A program made the position numbers and the translations under genes. Positions 1 through 8,481 of a stretch of DNA of 20,000 nt are shown piece after piece (the first letter of the stretch is position 1; each line of letters opens with the position of its first letter). The notes below the pieces were generated by a model. That model saw only the letters and a list, made by a program, of their open reading frames with translations, did not search any database and had not been told where the DNA came from. Origin of the DNA: Nitrospiraceae bacterium (GTDB taxonomy: Bacteria > Nitrospirota > Nitrospiria > Nitrospirales > Nitrospiraceae); contig JBBIQV010000012.1 of NCBI GenBank assembly GCA_037442105.1, positions 50,067 to 70,066 of the forward strand, read 5' to 3'.

Positions 1-1
1 C

Positions 2-538
2 AATCATGGGCTGGAAGGCCTTGGCGCCTCATCCGAGGCGTTGCAACGGGCTCGCGACACCTGCCTGGCATGGATGCACCAAGTGGAGGCGCGATGCATG
101 CCCTTGTTCACGCAGATCGGGGTGACGGTCGAGGACAAGACCTACTCCCTGGCGATCCATTACCGCACGGCCCGGTGGAAGCCTGCCGCCAAGCATGCCA
201 TCAGGCAGTTGTTACCGCTGCTCTCCCCTGCGCCGCGCGTGCTGCCGGGAAAATCGGTGTGGAATCTCCTCCCGCCTGACGCGCCGCACAAGGGCACGGC
301 GCTGCTCGCTCTCATGACTCGGCTGGGCTGCAGGGCGGCCCTGTACATCGGCGATGACGACACGGATGAAGATGTCTTCGCGCTGCCTGACAAACGTATT
401 GTGACAGTCCGGATCGGACTAAAGAGAGACTCCGCAGCCCAGTTCTTACTCCACCGACGTTCCGAGATCACCACATTGCTTCAGTACTTGACGAACGTCT
501 GCGATCAGAAAGATTGGAAAGACACGAGAGCGGGCTGA
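2..538 (+). CDS. otsB: Trehalose-6-phosphate phosphatase (HAD IIB), 5'-truncated by the window
   Basis: Frame is open from base 2 (NHGLEG). Motifs VEDKTYSLAIHYR, PGKSVWNL, HKGTAL and YIGDDDTDEDVF are typical of OtsB. Confidence 0.9.
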   Translation, partial: NHGLEGLGASSEALQRARDTCLAWMHQVEARCMPLFTQIGVTVEDKTYSLAIHYRTARWKPAAKHAIRQLLPLLSPAPRVLPGKSVWNLLPPDAPHKGTALLALMTRLGCRAALYIGDDDTDEDVFALPDKRIVTVRIGLKRDSAAQFLLHRRSEITTLLQYLTNVCDQKDWKDTRAG

Positions 539-643
539 GGTGGTTCCGGAAGATCTTTGGACAGGGTTCGACTCCGGACGCCTCCTTCGCCTGGTGACGA
601 ACTGCAACGTCGGACAGGCTTCTGGAAGCCAACTCCCTCCCCA

Positions 644-672
644 TTGACACGTTTTTCTAATGGGCGTAAGAA
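644..672 (+). promoter_or_regulatory. sigma70-like promoter of repeat unit 1
   Basis: TTGACA (644-649), N17, TAAGAA (667-672). Same architecture as 1159-1187. Confidence 0.55.
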
Positions 673-699
673 GAATGTGCGGCCCAACAATTATCGAGT

Positions 700-1103
700 T
701 GCAGGGGGACCGGACAGGCCGCGCGGCTGTCAGCTAGATCCCCTGGGATACTTGAAAAGGGAGGAGGGTAGCGATGGACGACCTGACTCCACCTGGCTTA
801 AACGGCCCGCCGACTCGATGGCGGGTTTCTGCTCGGTCGTGCTAGCCGATTCTCCACTGGCTGTGTCCTAACGGCACCATAGACCACCTGGTTATCAGCC
901 TGAGCACGTAGCGGAGAATCAGACGCTGGCGCGAGGAACACAAGCGCCTGGGACGAGTTTTTCCCCCGACCGGAATCCACGCTGTTCGTCATCGCGCGGG
1001 TCTTTTTGTTGGGCCGAGAAAAATGAACAGACCTTTCGGCGTCCTAAGCGCCACCCGCGGGCGGCCTCCCTCCACAGTCTAGACAGGCCGCCCGTGCAGT
1101 TTC
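700..1103 (+). ncRNA. Structured RNA unit, copy 1 (unknown family)
   Basis: Diverged direct repeat of 1221-1624. Multiple stems show compensatory changes between copies. Ends in a GC-rich hairpin (1056-1096). Confidence 0.7.
774..845 (+). CDS. Putative 23-aa micro-peptide MDDLTPPGLNGPPTRWRVSARSC
   Basis: AGGGAGGAGG SD at 758-767, ATG at 774, TAG at 843-845. SD, start, length and stop are conserved in copy 2. Confidence 0.4.
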   Translation: MDDLTPPGLNGPPTRWRVSARSC

Positions 1104-1158
1104 TGCTTCGAGGTCCGAAAATAAGTGATGTTCTTCTCTGACGAGCCGTGCTCCCATG

Positions 1159-1187
1159 TTGACACCTTTTTTGAAGAGGAGTAAAAA
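1159..1187 (+). promoter_or_regulatory. sigma70-like promoter of repeat unit 2
   Basis: TTGACA (1159-1164), N17, TAAAAA (1182-1187), followed by GAA as in copy 1. Confidence 0.55.
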
Positions 1188-1220
1188 GAAGTATAAGGCT
1201 CGTTGCCTTACAGTACACGA

Positions 1221-1624
1221 TGTTGGGGATCAAGCAGAGCGCGCCTGCAGAATGAAAGTGTGATCCCCGGACAACCTCCAACCAGGGAGGAGGTGGGTAA
1301 TGGAAGACCTTAGTCCACCGGACTGGAACGGCCCGCCGAGTCAGAGGCGGGCTTCTCGTCGGTCATGCTAGCCGGTTCTCCACTGGCTGCGCCTCTCGGC
1401 GCAAAAGACCAACCGGATAGAAGCCTGATTGCGTGACGGGGAACTGGACGCTGGCGTGAGGAACACAAGCGCCTGGGGTGATTTTTCCCCCCGACCAGAA
1501 GCGTGATCCTTTCTTCCTCGCACGGGTCAGCGGTGAACCTCACAATACAATAAAAAATCTTGGCGCCCTAAGCGCCATCCACGGGCGGCCTCCCTCCTAG
1601 TCGATGGGCCGCCCGTGCTGTTTC
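1221..1624 (+). ncRNA. Structured RNA unit, copy 2 (unknown family)
   Basis: Paralog of 700-1103 with the same order of stems. 3' hairpin at 1580-1617. Confidence 0.7.
1300..1371 (+). CDS. Putative 23-aa micro-peptide MEDLSPPDWNGPPSQRRASRRSC
   Basis: AGGGAGGAGG SD at 1284-1293, ATG at 1300, TAG at 1369-1371. 14/23 residues identical to the copy 1 peptide. Confidence 0.4.
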   Translation: MEDLSPPDWNGPPSQRRASRRSC

Positions 1625-1769
1625 AGAGCCAAGGGGTGCCGTTCTGCCGTGGTTGTCCGCGCGCGTAGTGGTGGCGAGTTCGTACAAACACCCCTTGCGG
1701 TTCAAGATCGATGCGGCATAAGATGGAATGCCACTTTGCCCGCTGGCTTGCAGCACGGAGGGAGTGATT

Positions 1770-3050
1770 GTGTTCTGGGAAACGCGGCAACCGTCGAATA
1801 CGCCCAACCGATCCTGTTCGTTTTGCGGAAAACGCCAAGGCGTGGTCCGTAACCTGATCCAGAGCCCCACGCCTTACAAGTGCGATTCCTGCCGGAGCGG
1901 ATCCACGCTGCTGATCTGCGAGGAGTGCATTCAGCGCTGTTCCACTTTCGTGGATAAGGAACAAAACGGGGCGAAGGGCTCGTCCTGCTCCAAGCCGTTG
2001 GTGGTTCCCAAGCCGGCGGAGATCAAAGCGACGCTCGATGACTACGTGATCGGGCAGGATCGCGCCAAGAAAGTCCTCTCGGTTGCAGTGCACAACCACT
2101 ATAAACGGATTTTGAACCGTGACCGGCTCACCCACGTCGATCTGCAGAAGGGTAATATCATGATGATTGGGTCGACGGGGACCGGCAAGACGCTCCTGTC
2201 CCAGACCCTGGCGAAGATTCTCCACGTCCCTTTCGCCATCGCCGATGCCACCACCCTGACGGAGGCCGGCTACGTGGGAGAGGACGTCGAGAACGTGGTG
2301 CTCAAGCTCCTGCAGAACTGTGACTACGACGTGAAGCGGGCCGAAACGGGAATCATTTACATCGATGAGATCGACAAGATCAGCCGGAAGTCCGAGAGCG
2401 CCTCGCTGACGCGAGATGTGTCTGGCGAAGGTGTTCAGCAGGCGCTGCTGAAACTGGTGGAGGGGACCATCTGCAACGTGCCGCCGAAGGGCGGACGCAA
2501 ACATCCGGAGCAGGACTACATCCGCGTGGATACTACGAACATCTTATTTATCTGCGGCGGGGCCTTCGTGGGACTGGACCAGATCATCGCTCAGCGTACG
2601 ACGTACAAGCGAGTAGGATTCGATGCGAGCGACCCGACGACTGAGATTGACGGCCACACCGACGCGCTCAGCCGCCTGCGCTCTGAGGACTTGCTGAAGT
2701 TCGGACTCATTCCGGAGTTTGTGGGCCGATTTCCCGTTCTGACGACCCTGTCAGACCTGGACGTTCCCGCCCTAATCCGCATCCTGACGGAACCCCGCCA
2801 TGCGCTGGTCAAGCAGTATGAGGCGCTCTTCGAGCTCGAGGGGGTCCGGCTTCAGTTTACCGACGCGGCAGTGAAAGCCGTCGCGCGTCGTGCTGCATTG
2901 ATGAAAACCGGCGCGCGGGCGCTCCGCACGATCCTGGAAGATGTCATGCTGGATCTCATGTACGATGTACCGACGATGGGCGGTGTGAAATCCGTGGTCA
3001 TCACGGAAGAGGTCATCGCCGGGATCGGGCAGCCGCAGATCATCAACTAA
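1770..3050 (+). CDS. clpX: ATP-dependent Clp protease ATP-binding subunit ClpX (stand-alone paralog)
   Basis: CSFCGK..CEEC zinc-binding domain, GSTGTGKT Walker [49 protein letters not shown]. Start is probably GTG 1770 after GGAGGG (the ORF track starts at 1728). Confidence 0.95.
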   Translation: MFWETRQPSNTPNRSCSFCGKRQGVVRNLIQSPTPYKCDSCRSGSTLLICEECIQRCSTFVDKEQNGAKGSSCSKPLVVPKPAEIKATLDDYVIGQDRAKKVLSVAVHNHYKRILNRDRLTHVDLQKGNIMMIGSTGTGKTLLSQTLAKILHVPFAIADATTLTEAGYVGEDVENVVLKLLQNCDYDVKRAETGIIYIDEIDKISRKSESASLTRDVSGEGVQQALLKLVEGTICNVPPKGGRKHPEQDYIRVDTTNILFICGGAFVGLDQIIAQRTTYKRVGFDASDPTTEIDGHTDALSRLRSEDLLKFGLIPEFVGRFPVLTTLSDLDVPALIRILTEPRHALVKQYEALFELEGVRLQFTDAAVKAVARRAALMKTGARALRTILEDVMLDLMYDVPTMGGVKSVVITEEVIAGIGQPQIIN

Positions 3051-3152
3051 ATGCAGCCCTGAAACCTCTGAAGACAATAAGGCAACAGCAGACCCCGAGC
3101 AACCAGTAGTTTCCGGGCTACCCGCTGTTCGTTGCTTGCGACTTGCCGCCAA

Positions 3153-3320
3153 TTAGGCCGCCTGCCTGATCCGCCTTCCGCCCGTAGGGGCATCAGCGGA
3201 AAGATTCCCTTCGCCTAACATCGCAATCCGCCTGTGCTCGGCGTCGCTCTCTGTGCCCATTGCCCACGCCAGCAGCCATACGAGCGCACCCATCGTTCCG
3301 AGACCGATGATCTCGACCAT
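3153..3320 (-). CDS. Small single-TM protein, 55 aa (MVEIIGLGTMGALVWLLAWAMGTESDAEHRRIAMLGEGNLSADAPTGGRRIRQAA)
   Basis: Manual translation (below the track cut-off). AGGCAGGTGG upstream of ATG, hydrophobic N-terminus, co-oriented with the two upstream genes. Confidence 0.55.
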   Translation of the reverse strand: MVEIIGLGTMGALVWLLAWAMGTESDAEHRRIAMLGEGNLSADAPTGGRRIRQAA

Positions 3321-3379
3321 ATGCCACCTGCCTTTCCATCGAATCGCGCAGTCCTACGCACTCGTCGCCCGCGACAACC

Positions 3380-3589
3380 CTACGCGGCGTACCGACCGCT
3401 GGGTGGTGCCTCTCCGGCCGACTCAACCGGCTCGTCAGTCCTGTCGCCAGGGGCGCGAAGCGATCCCTTCACGTTGGAGTACAACAACTCCATGGATACG
3501 AAGAAGATCGCTACGAGCGCCACAAGGCCTGCCACGATTCCCCAGTATCCCCATGACATAAGCAACTCACTCGCTTCCGACCACAACAT
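3380..3589 (-). CDS. Small single-TM protein, 69 aa (MLWSEASELLMSWGYWGIVAGLVALVAIFFVSMELL...)
   Basis: ATG 3589 is preceded by GGGAGGG. One clear TM helix. This is the 3' part of track ORF 3380..3736. Confidence 0.65.
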   Translation of the reverse strand: MLWSEASELLMSWGYWGIVAGLVALVAIFFVSMELLYSNVKGSLRAPGDRTDEPVESAGEAPPSGRYAA

Positions 3590-3629
3590 CCGTTCCCTCC
3601 CACAGAAGACCCGCTTTCGATCTCTTTGC

Positions 3630-4589
3630 TCAGGCAGTCTTCCGGTAGACGAGTTCGGCCTCCTCAGATTTCGCTTCTCTGACCGCCTCTTCTTCCGCCC
3701 CGGCCGAAGCGAGCGAAAGTCCGCCGCAGAAGACACTCACTAAGCCCAGGACTGCTGCGAAGAGGTAGCCGAGCGGGATCTCAGGCCAGGACGCCGGTTC
3801 TGTGGAGGCCACCGGTGCTGCCCCGGCTTTTGGTTCCGCCGCAGCGAGCTGGGCCAATCGGTCCGCCAGACTTTCCGTACGAACGGCGGCGACAACCGAA
3901 CTAGCAAGTTGCTGCTGGTTTGCGGCAAGGGCTTCTTCTGAGGACGTTTGGGCTTGCGCCACATGCAGAATGGCATTGCCGATCCGTTCCTGGATCGAGC
4001 TGGCCAACCAGGCTTGTTCCTGGGCGGCTTCCACGATCGCGCGTCCGAGATTCGCCTGCCGCATGGACAAGAAATTCTGATCAAGACGCTGCCCCATTAC
4101 TTCCGTCAGCCGGATCAGACGGTCGTTGTACTCGGAGATATACCAGTCGTCCACCGGCATTCCTGTCCCGATCCCACGACGGGTGAAGTTTACGATGGCC
4201 CGTCCCATCACGGTCTGGACATGAGCCGCGTGATCGCTAGGGCCGGTCGCCGCGCGACGGATCACGAGTTCCAGCGGGCCACCGGATGTGGCTTGCAGGA
4301 CGTGATGAGCCATCGTGGCGCGGTTCAACTCCGATACCGCGTCGGCGATGGTCCGAGAAGCGTGGCGTTCGAGGAGATATGTATCGACTAGAGCCTGGCC
4401 GAGGGCGGGCTGCAACCAAGTCATTCCGGCCAGAATGCCGGAAGGTTGCTCGACCTCGACAGGGACCGGAGGCAACGTGGCTGCCTGCAAGGTTCCGTTG
4501 GCGGCTTCAAAGAGCAGGTACCCTCCGAAGATGATGACGCACAACCCGACGGCGACGATCAGGTCAACTGGTTCATACTTGCGCATCAT
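3630..4589 (-). CDS. Hypothetical membrane-anchored helical protein (N- and C-terminal TM)
   Basis: 319-aa ORF with an AGGAGG SD. Hydrophobic segments at both ends and an Ala/Gln-rich helical middle. Confidence 0.8.
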   Translation of the reverse strand: MMRKYEPVDLIVAVGLCVIIFGGYLLFEAANGTLQAATLPPVPVEVEQPSGILAGMTWLQPALGQALVDTYLLERHASRTIADAVSELNRATMAHHVLQATSGGPLELVIRRAATGPSDHAAHVQTVMGRAIVNFTRRGIGTGMPVDDWYISEYNDRLIRLTEVMGQRLDQNFLSMRQANLGRAIVEAAQEQAWLASSIQERIGNAILHVAQAQTSSEEALAANQQQLASSVVAAVRTESLADRLAQLAAAEPKAGAAPVASTEPASWPEIPLGYLFAAVLGLVSVFCGGLSLASAGAEEEAVREAKSEEAELVYRKTA

Positions 4590-5090
4590 GGGAGCCTCCT
4601 TTCGAGTTCGGGCAAGTCTTCGCGCGGCAACCGCGCCGTGCGCCGGCTTGACCGAGATGCTGTGTCAGTTGATCCTGCAGATTTCAAGCAGGATGTCGTG
4701 TTGCGGATGTCAGCGACGTGGTCGGCGTTCAGACGGGCTTCGGATAACTCGGGGTTGGCGCGGCAAGCAGGGACGAGATTGCGTAGAGGGGCTAAGCTAA
4801 AATGATTCCCTGGAAATAGGGGACTGATTGGGGCGAGGTCTGACCTGGCTCGCCAGGACCAGCGCGTCTGTTTACTACAGAAGATCATGCTACCACCTAC
4901 CGATGAGACAGGCGGCCAGCGGAGAGAATGTTAGTCTATGCTTCGGTGAGCTGCTCGTCAAGTGGGCGCCTGGCGGCTGTTTGATATCCCGTATTTGTAC
5001 TTAAGAATGCATTAATAACTTCCTGATTTTCCTTCGGTTTCATATTGTCATTAACGGTCGCACATGTTCCCTTTCCTGCCGCTGCCTGTT

Positions 5091-6077
5091 TTAGTTCTTG
5101 TGCAGCGGTTGGCGCTGGCTGGATGGTCCTCCGTCAGGGTTGGGCACCCTAGCTTGCGTTGCGCGCAAGGCTGCAAGCGCCTCCGACAACCTCGTTTCCA
5201 AAACCTGTGAGGCATCAAACTTCTTCAACTGCAAGCGGTCCTGAGTCACCTGGAACATCGCCTTTTGCGGAACCAGACCGATCACCTCGCTTTCTAGTAC
5301 CCGTATGCCGCGCGCAGCCGCTTCCTGTTTCACCGCGTCGAACGCGGTCTGGATCGAGGTCTGCTCGAAGTCCGTGAGGTTCATGGAGACTTGCACCAGG
5401 TCGCGGCTTGCCAACTTCACCCCGATGGCCTTCACGCAGGGCAACCCTCCACTTGAAAACCGGACCTTCTTCGCAATGGCCTTCGCAATGTTCAGGTCAC
5501 TCGTCATCAAGTTGACATTGAACGCGATAAGCGGTTTCCTCGCTCCCACCACCGTCACGCCGGCCGTTTGGTGCGGCGCCACAGGGCCGTAGTCAGGATG
5601 CCACGCTGGGTCCGTCCTCATGCGGTGTGTCAGCGAGACGAGTCCCCCTTTGCGGATCGCCGCCAGGCTCGTCCGCTGAGCGCGACTGGCAGCTTGTTGG
5701 TAGAGGAATACGGGGATCTCAAGTTCGGACCCGATACGACGACCAAGGCTGTGCGCCAGGGCGATGCAGTCTTCCATCGTGACTCCCCGAATCGGGATCA
5801 ACGGCACTACATCCGTCGAGCCAACTCGGGGATGCTCCCCTTGGTGCTCCCTGAGGTCGATCAGGTTCTTGGCCGTCTTCACGGCTCGAAAGGCTGCTTC
5901 AGCCACCGCCTCCGGCCTGCCGGCGAAAGTCAGCACCGCCCGGTTGTGATCCATGTCCATCGTCTGATCCAGCAGGCACACGTCTGGCACTGCGCGCACG
6001 GTTGCCGCGAGTGCCTGAATAACCTCCCGGCTCCGCCCTTCACTGAAATTGGGCACGCATTCGACGATACGGTCCAC
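5091..6077 (-). CDS. ftcD: Glutamate formiminotransferase (FTCD N-terminal-type, stand-alone)
   Basis: VECVPNFSEGR, DHNRAVLT, HPRVGSTDVVPLIP, GARKPLIAFNVNL, VQVSMNL, ESEVIGLVP. Confidence 0.92.
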   Translation of the reverse strand: MDRIVECVPNFSEGRSREVIQALAATVRAVPDVCLLDQTMDMDHNRAVLTFAGRPEAVAEAAFRAVKTAKNLIDLREHQGEHPRVGSTDVVPLIPIRGVTMEDCIALAHSLGRRIGSELEIPVFLYQQAASRAQRTSLAAIRKGGLVSLTHRMRTDPAWHPDYGPVAPHQTAGVTVVGARKPLIAFNVNLMTSDLNIAKAIAKKVRFSSGGLPCVKAIGVKLASRDLVQVSMNLTDFEQTSIQTAFDAVKQEAAARGIRVLESEVIGLVPQKAMFQVTQDRLQLKKFDASQVLETRLSEALAALRATQARVPNPDGGPSSQRQPLHKN

Positions 6078-6199
6078 GCCCTTCCCTCACCAAGTTAGGA
6101 GCCTGCGACGAACATGGCGAAAAGAAAAGCCGGAGGCATGATCTCCACGCCTCCGGCTCCATTCACGGCTTAATGCGTCGTCTGGAAAAGCCCCGCCGC

Positions 6200-6445
6200 C
6201 TATTTGGTCTTCCTCACGAAGGCCTTGTACACTCGTTTTGTCTGACTCTGCTCTTCTTCCAGTCCCAGCATCAGGTGGCCGGTTTGCTGGCACCAGGCCG
6301 GCATATCCTTCTTGATACCCTCGTCGTCGGATACCACCTCAAGCACCTGGCCCAGGGAAAGTTCCTTGATCTTCTTCGACGTCATGATGATCGGCATAGG
6401 ACAGAAGTAGCCGAGCGCATCAAGTTTCACATCGGATTGCAGCAT
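6200..6445 (-). CDS. tusA: TusA/SirA-family sulfur carrier protein
   Basis: LDALGYFCPMP motif, GQVLEVVSDDEG, DMPAWC. 81 aa. Confidence 0.9.
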   Translation of the reverse strand: MLQSDVKLDALGYFCPMPIIMTSKKIKELSLGQVLEVVSDDEGIKKDMPAWCQQTGHLMLGLEEEQSQTKRVYKAFVRKTK

Positions 6446-6499
6446 AAAAATCCTCTTCGCGAACAGAGAATCAAGAACAGCTCAGATCTGGTCTACGCT

Positions 6500-6530
6500 G
6501 CTACAAGCTGTCAGCTATTCGCTACTAGCT
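6500..6530. repeat. Short heptamer tandem repeat (GCTNNNN)
   Basis: gctacaa-gctgtca-gctattc-gctacta-gct in the dsrE-tusA spacer. Confidence 0.5.
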
Positions 6531-6531
6531 T

Positions 6532-7062
6532 CTAAATGAACAGATTGACGCTTCCCTGTTTTGCTTCGGCCAGATACGTCGTGACCCCCGCGAACTGATC
6601 GATACCCTCGATCAACGTATCTTTGGTGATCCCCATTAGCCCCATCGTCGTGGTGCAGGCGATGAATCGGACCCCCAGGTCCATCGCCGTCTGCATCAGT
6701 TCAGGCACGCCCGGCATGCGATTCTGCCGCATGACGACCTGCATCATCCTGGTCCCCAATCCCCAGAAATGGAATCGCGACAAGGGCAGAATCTCGGCCC
6801 CGCCTTTGTTCAACCACCCGAACATCCGTCGGAGCCAATCTGACGCAGCGCTCGTGGCTCCTTTCCGGCGAATGGCGTTCAATCCCCAGAAGGTAAAAAA
6901 CATCGTCACCTGCATCCCCATTGCGGCAGCACCGGTGGCGATAATGAAAGCCGCCATAGCGCGGTCCAAATCCCCGCTCAGGAGGACGATCGTCACTTTA
7001 TCCGGTTTGCTTTCTTGAAGCTCAGCCAACGCGGCGGCTGGCTCGATCTGAGTGGTATTCAT
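6532..7062 (-). CDS. DsrE/DsrE2-like (DrsE_2) sulfur-relay protein
   Basis: SGDLDRAMAAFIIATGAAAMG, MFFTFWGL, ACTTTMGLMG, AGVTTYL. Adjacent to tusA. Confidence 0.88.
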   Translation of the reverse strand: MNTTQIEPAAALAELQESKPDKVTIVLLSGDLDRAMAAFIIATGAAAMGMQVTMFFTFWGLNAIRRKGATSAASDWLRRMFGWLNKGGAEILPLSRFHFWGLGTRMMQVVMRQNRMPGVPELMQTAMDLGVRFIACTTTMGLMGITKDTLIEGIDQFAGVTTYLAEAKQGSVNLFI

Positions 7063-7191
7063 GGCTTCACCTCATTATGCGCTGGTGATCTCCGCGCGAT
7101 CCACACACCGAAACAGCATAGTATGTGGTTCTTTTTCTTGTCAAGGAACGGGGGAACAGGGCGGCAGGATAGACAGGTGTGGCTCACTGGC

Positions 7192-7220
7192 TTGACGTTC
7201 GGTCACCTAGTCGTTATAGT
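7192..7220 (+). promoter_or_regulatory. sigma70 promoter of the Rieske oxygenase gene
   Basis: TTGACG, N17, TATAGT. A divergent TTGACA lies at 7144-7139 on the minus strand toward dsrE. Confidence 0.55.
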
Positions 7221-7279
7221 CGCGCCCGGACTGTTTCGGTAGTCTTGGCCGGTCCTCTCACGCACTTCCTTCCTCATAC

Positions 7280-8371
7280 ATGAACGCTGACATCATCACC
7301 GACGTCACTCCCCTGAAAGGCGGCCCTCTGTTCGGCTTCTGGTATCCGGCCCTGCCGAGCAGCAAGTTGCGGTCTGGGACGATGCAGCCGCTCCTCATGC
7401 TCGGATTGCCGATTCTCCTGTGCCGCGATCGACAGGGCAACGTGGCCGCGATGCGGGATCTCTGCCCGCATCGCGGCATGCCGCTGTCGTTCGGAAGGTT
7501 TGACGGCGAACGTGTGGAATGCCCTTTCCATGGCTGGCAATTCGACCTGACGGGCCGCTGCCGGCACATCCCCGCCCTGGTAGGTAATGGGACGGCGCTC
7601 CAAGCCGACAAAATCGGCATCATGTCCTATCCCTGCGAAGAACAAGACCACTATATCTGGATCTACATTCCTGACAGTAAGGGAACATCCATCACCCTGC
7701 CGGAGGTGCCGAGGCTCCCACTCCTTTCAAAACCGTATCAGTTTTTTGATTTGTCTCTTACCTATCGTTGTACGGCTGATGAAGGGGTAGTGGGACTCAT
7801 CGACCCGGCCCATGTCCCGTTTGTTCACCAAAATTTCTGGTGGCGGAGACAGGCCAAAATGCACGAGAAGACGAAGGCCTTCGAGCCCATTCCCAACGGC
7901 TTTCGCATGGTCGCTCACGCCCCATCGAAAATGAGCGGCCCCTACAAACTCCTCACCATGTTCTACGGCGGCCCCTTGACCACGACGATCGATTTCGTGC
8001 TCCCGAACCTGCGGTACGAACTTATTCAATGCGGGTCTTTGTGGGTCTCGACACGCCTGTCGGCCACGCCAACTTCGGACCAAGAATGTCGGGCCGATTA
8101 TTGTGCCGCTTGGAATTGTTTCCCCTGGCTTCCCTTTGGGAGGTTTATCTTTCGCTTGTTCACAGGGATGTTTCTGTCTCAGGACAAGATCGCATTCAGA
8201 CGACAAGAGATCGGGTTTCGCTACAAGCCATCGTTGATGTTAGTCGGTGACGCCGACACGCCTGCCAAGTGGTATTACAAACTCAAAGCCGCACATCTTG
8301 CAGCGGCACAGACCGGCCAGCCCCTCGACCATCCTTTGAAGGGACCCGTAACGCTCCGCTGGCGGACTTAA
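7280..8371 (+). CDS. Rieske non-heme iron oxygenase alpha subunit (VanA/KshA-like)
   Basis: CPHRG...CPFHGW Rieske motif, DPAHVPFVH mononuclear Fe motif, and a downstream QD. Confidence 0.9.
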   Translation: MNADIITDVTPLKGGPLFGFWYPALPSSKLRSGTMQPLLMLGLPILLCRDRQGNVAAMRDLCPHRGMPLSFGRFDGERVECPFHGWQFDLTGRCRHIPALVGNGTALQADKIGIMSYPCEEQDHYIWIYIPDSKGTSITLPEVPRLPLLSKPYQFFDLSLTYRCTADEGVVGLIDPAHVPFVHQNFWWRRQAKMHEKTKAFEPIPNGFRMVAHAPSKMSGPYKLLTMFYGGPLTTTIDFVLPNLRYELIQCGSLWVSTRLSATPTSDQECRADYCAAWNCFPWLPFGRFIFRLFTGMFLSQDKIAFRRQEIGFRYKPSLMLVGDADTPAKWYYKLKAAHLAAAQTGQPLDHPLKGPVTLRWRT

Positions 8372-8481
8372 CCCGGAGACGCTGTTCCAACTGGCGTGCT
8401 CGCCACTCAGTCGGCCAACATCCTGTTCAAGGATGCCGCCTTCTTCGTGGCGGCGCTGGATCGGACCTGGATCGAGAGGAG

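Noticed and set aside
559..585. GGGTTCGACTCC, a T-loop-like motif suggesting a tRNA or tmRNA 3' end
   Set aside because: The T-stem is incomplete, and there is no acceptor stem, D arm, anticodon arm or CCA.
843..1082. Possible amber read-through extending the copy 1 micro-ORF
   Set aside because: Copy 2 has a 1-nt indel and an early TGA in that frame, so the extension is not conserved.
1112..1150. CGAAA...CTGACGAG resembling a hammerhead ribozyme core
   Set aside because: Stems I-III cannot be formed convincingly.
557..1870. Track ORFs 557..871, 798..992, 919..1281, 1310..1543 and 1568..1870
   Set aside because: They have no motifs, and starts and stops are not conserved between the two repeat copies.
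1623..2504. 293-aa minus-strand ORF
   Set aside because: Antisense shadow of clpX.
4960..5060. AT-rich patch upstream of the membrane operon (ATTAAT, TTAA palindromes)
   Set aside because: Probably a promoter region, but no specific site can be supported.
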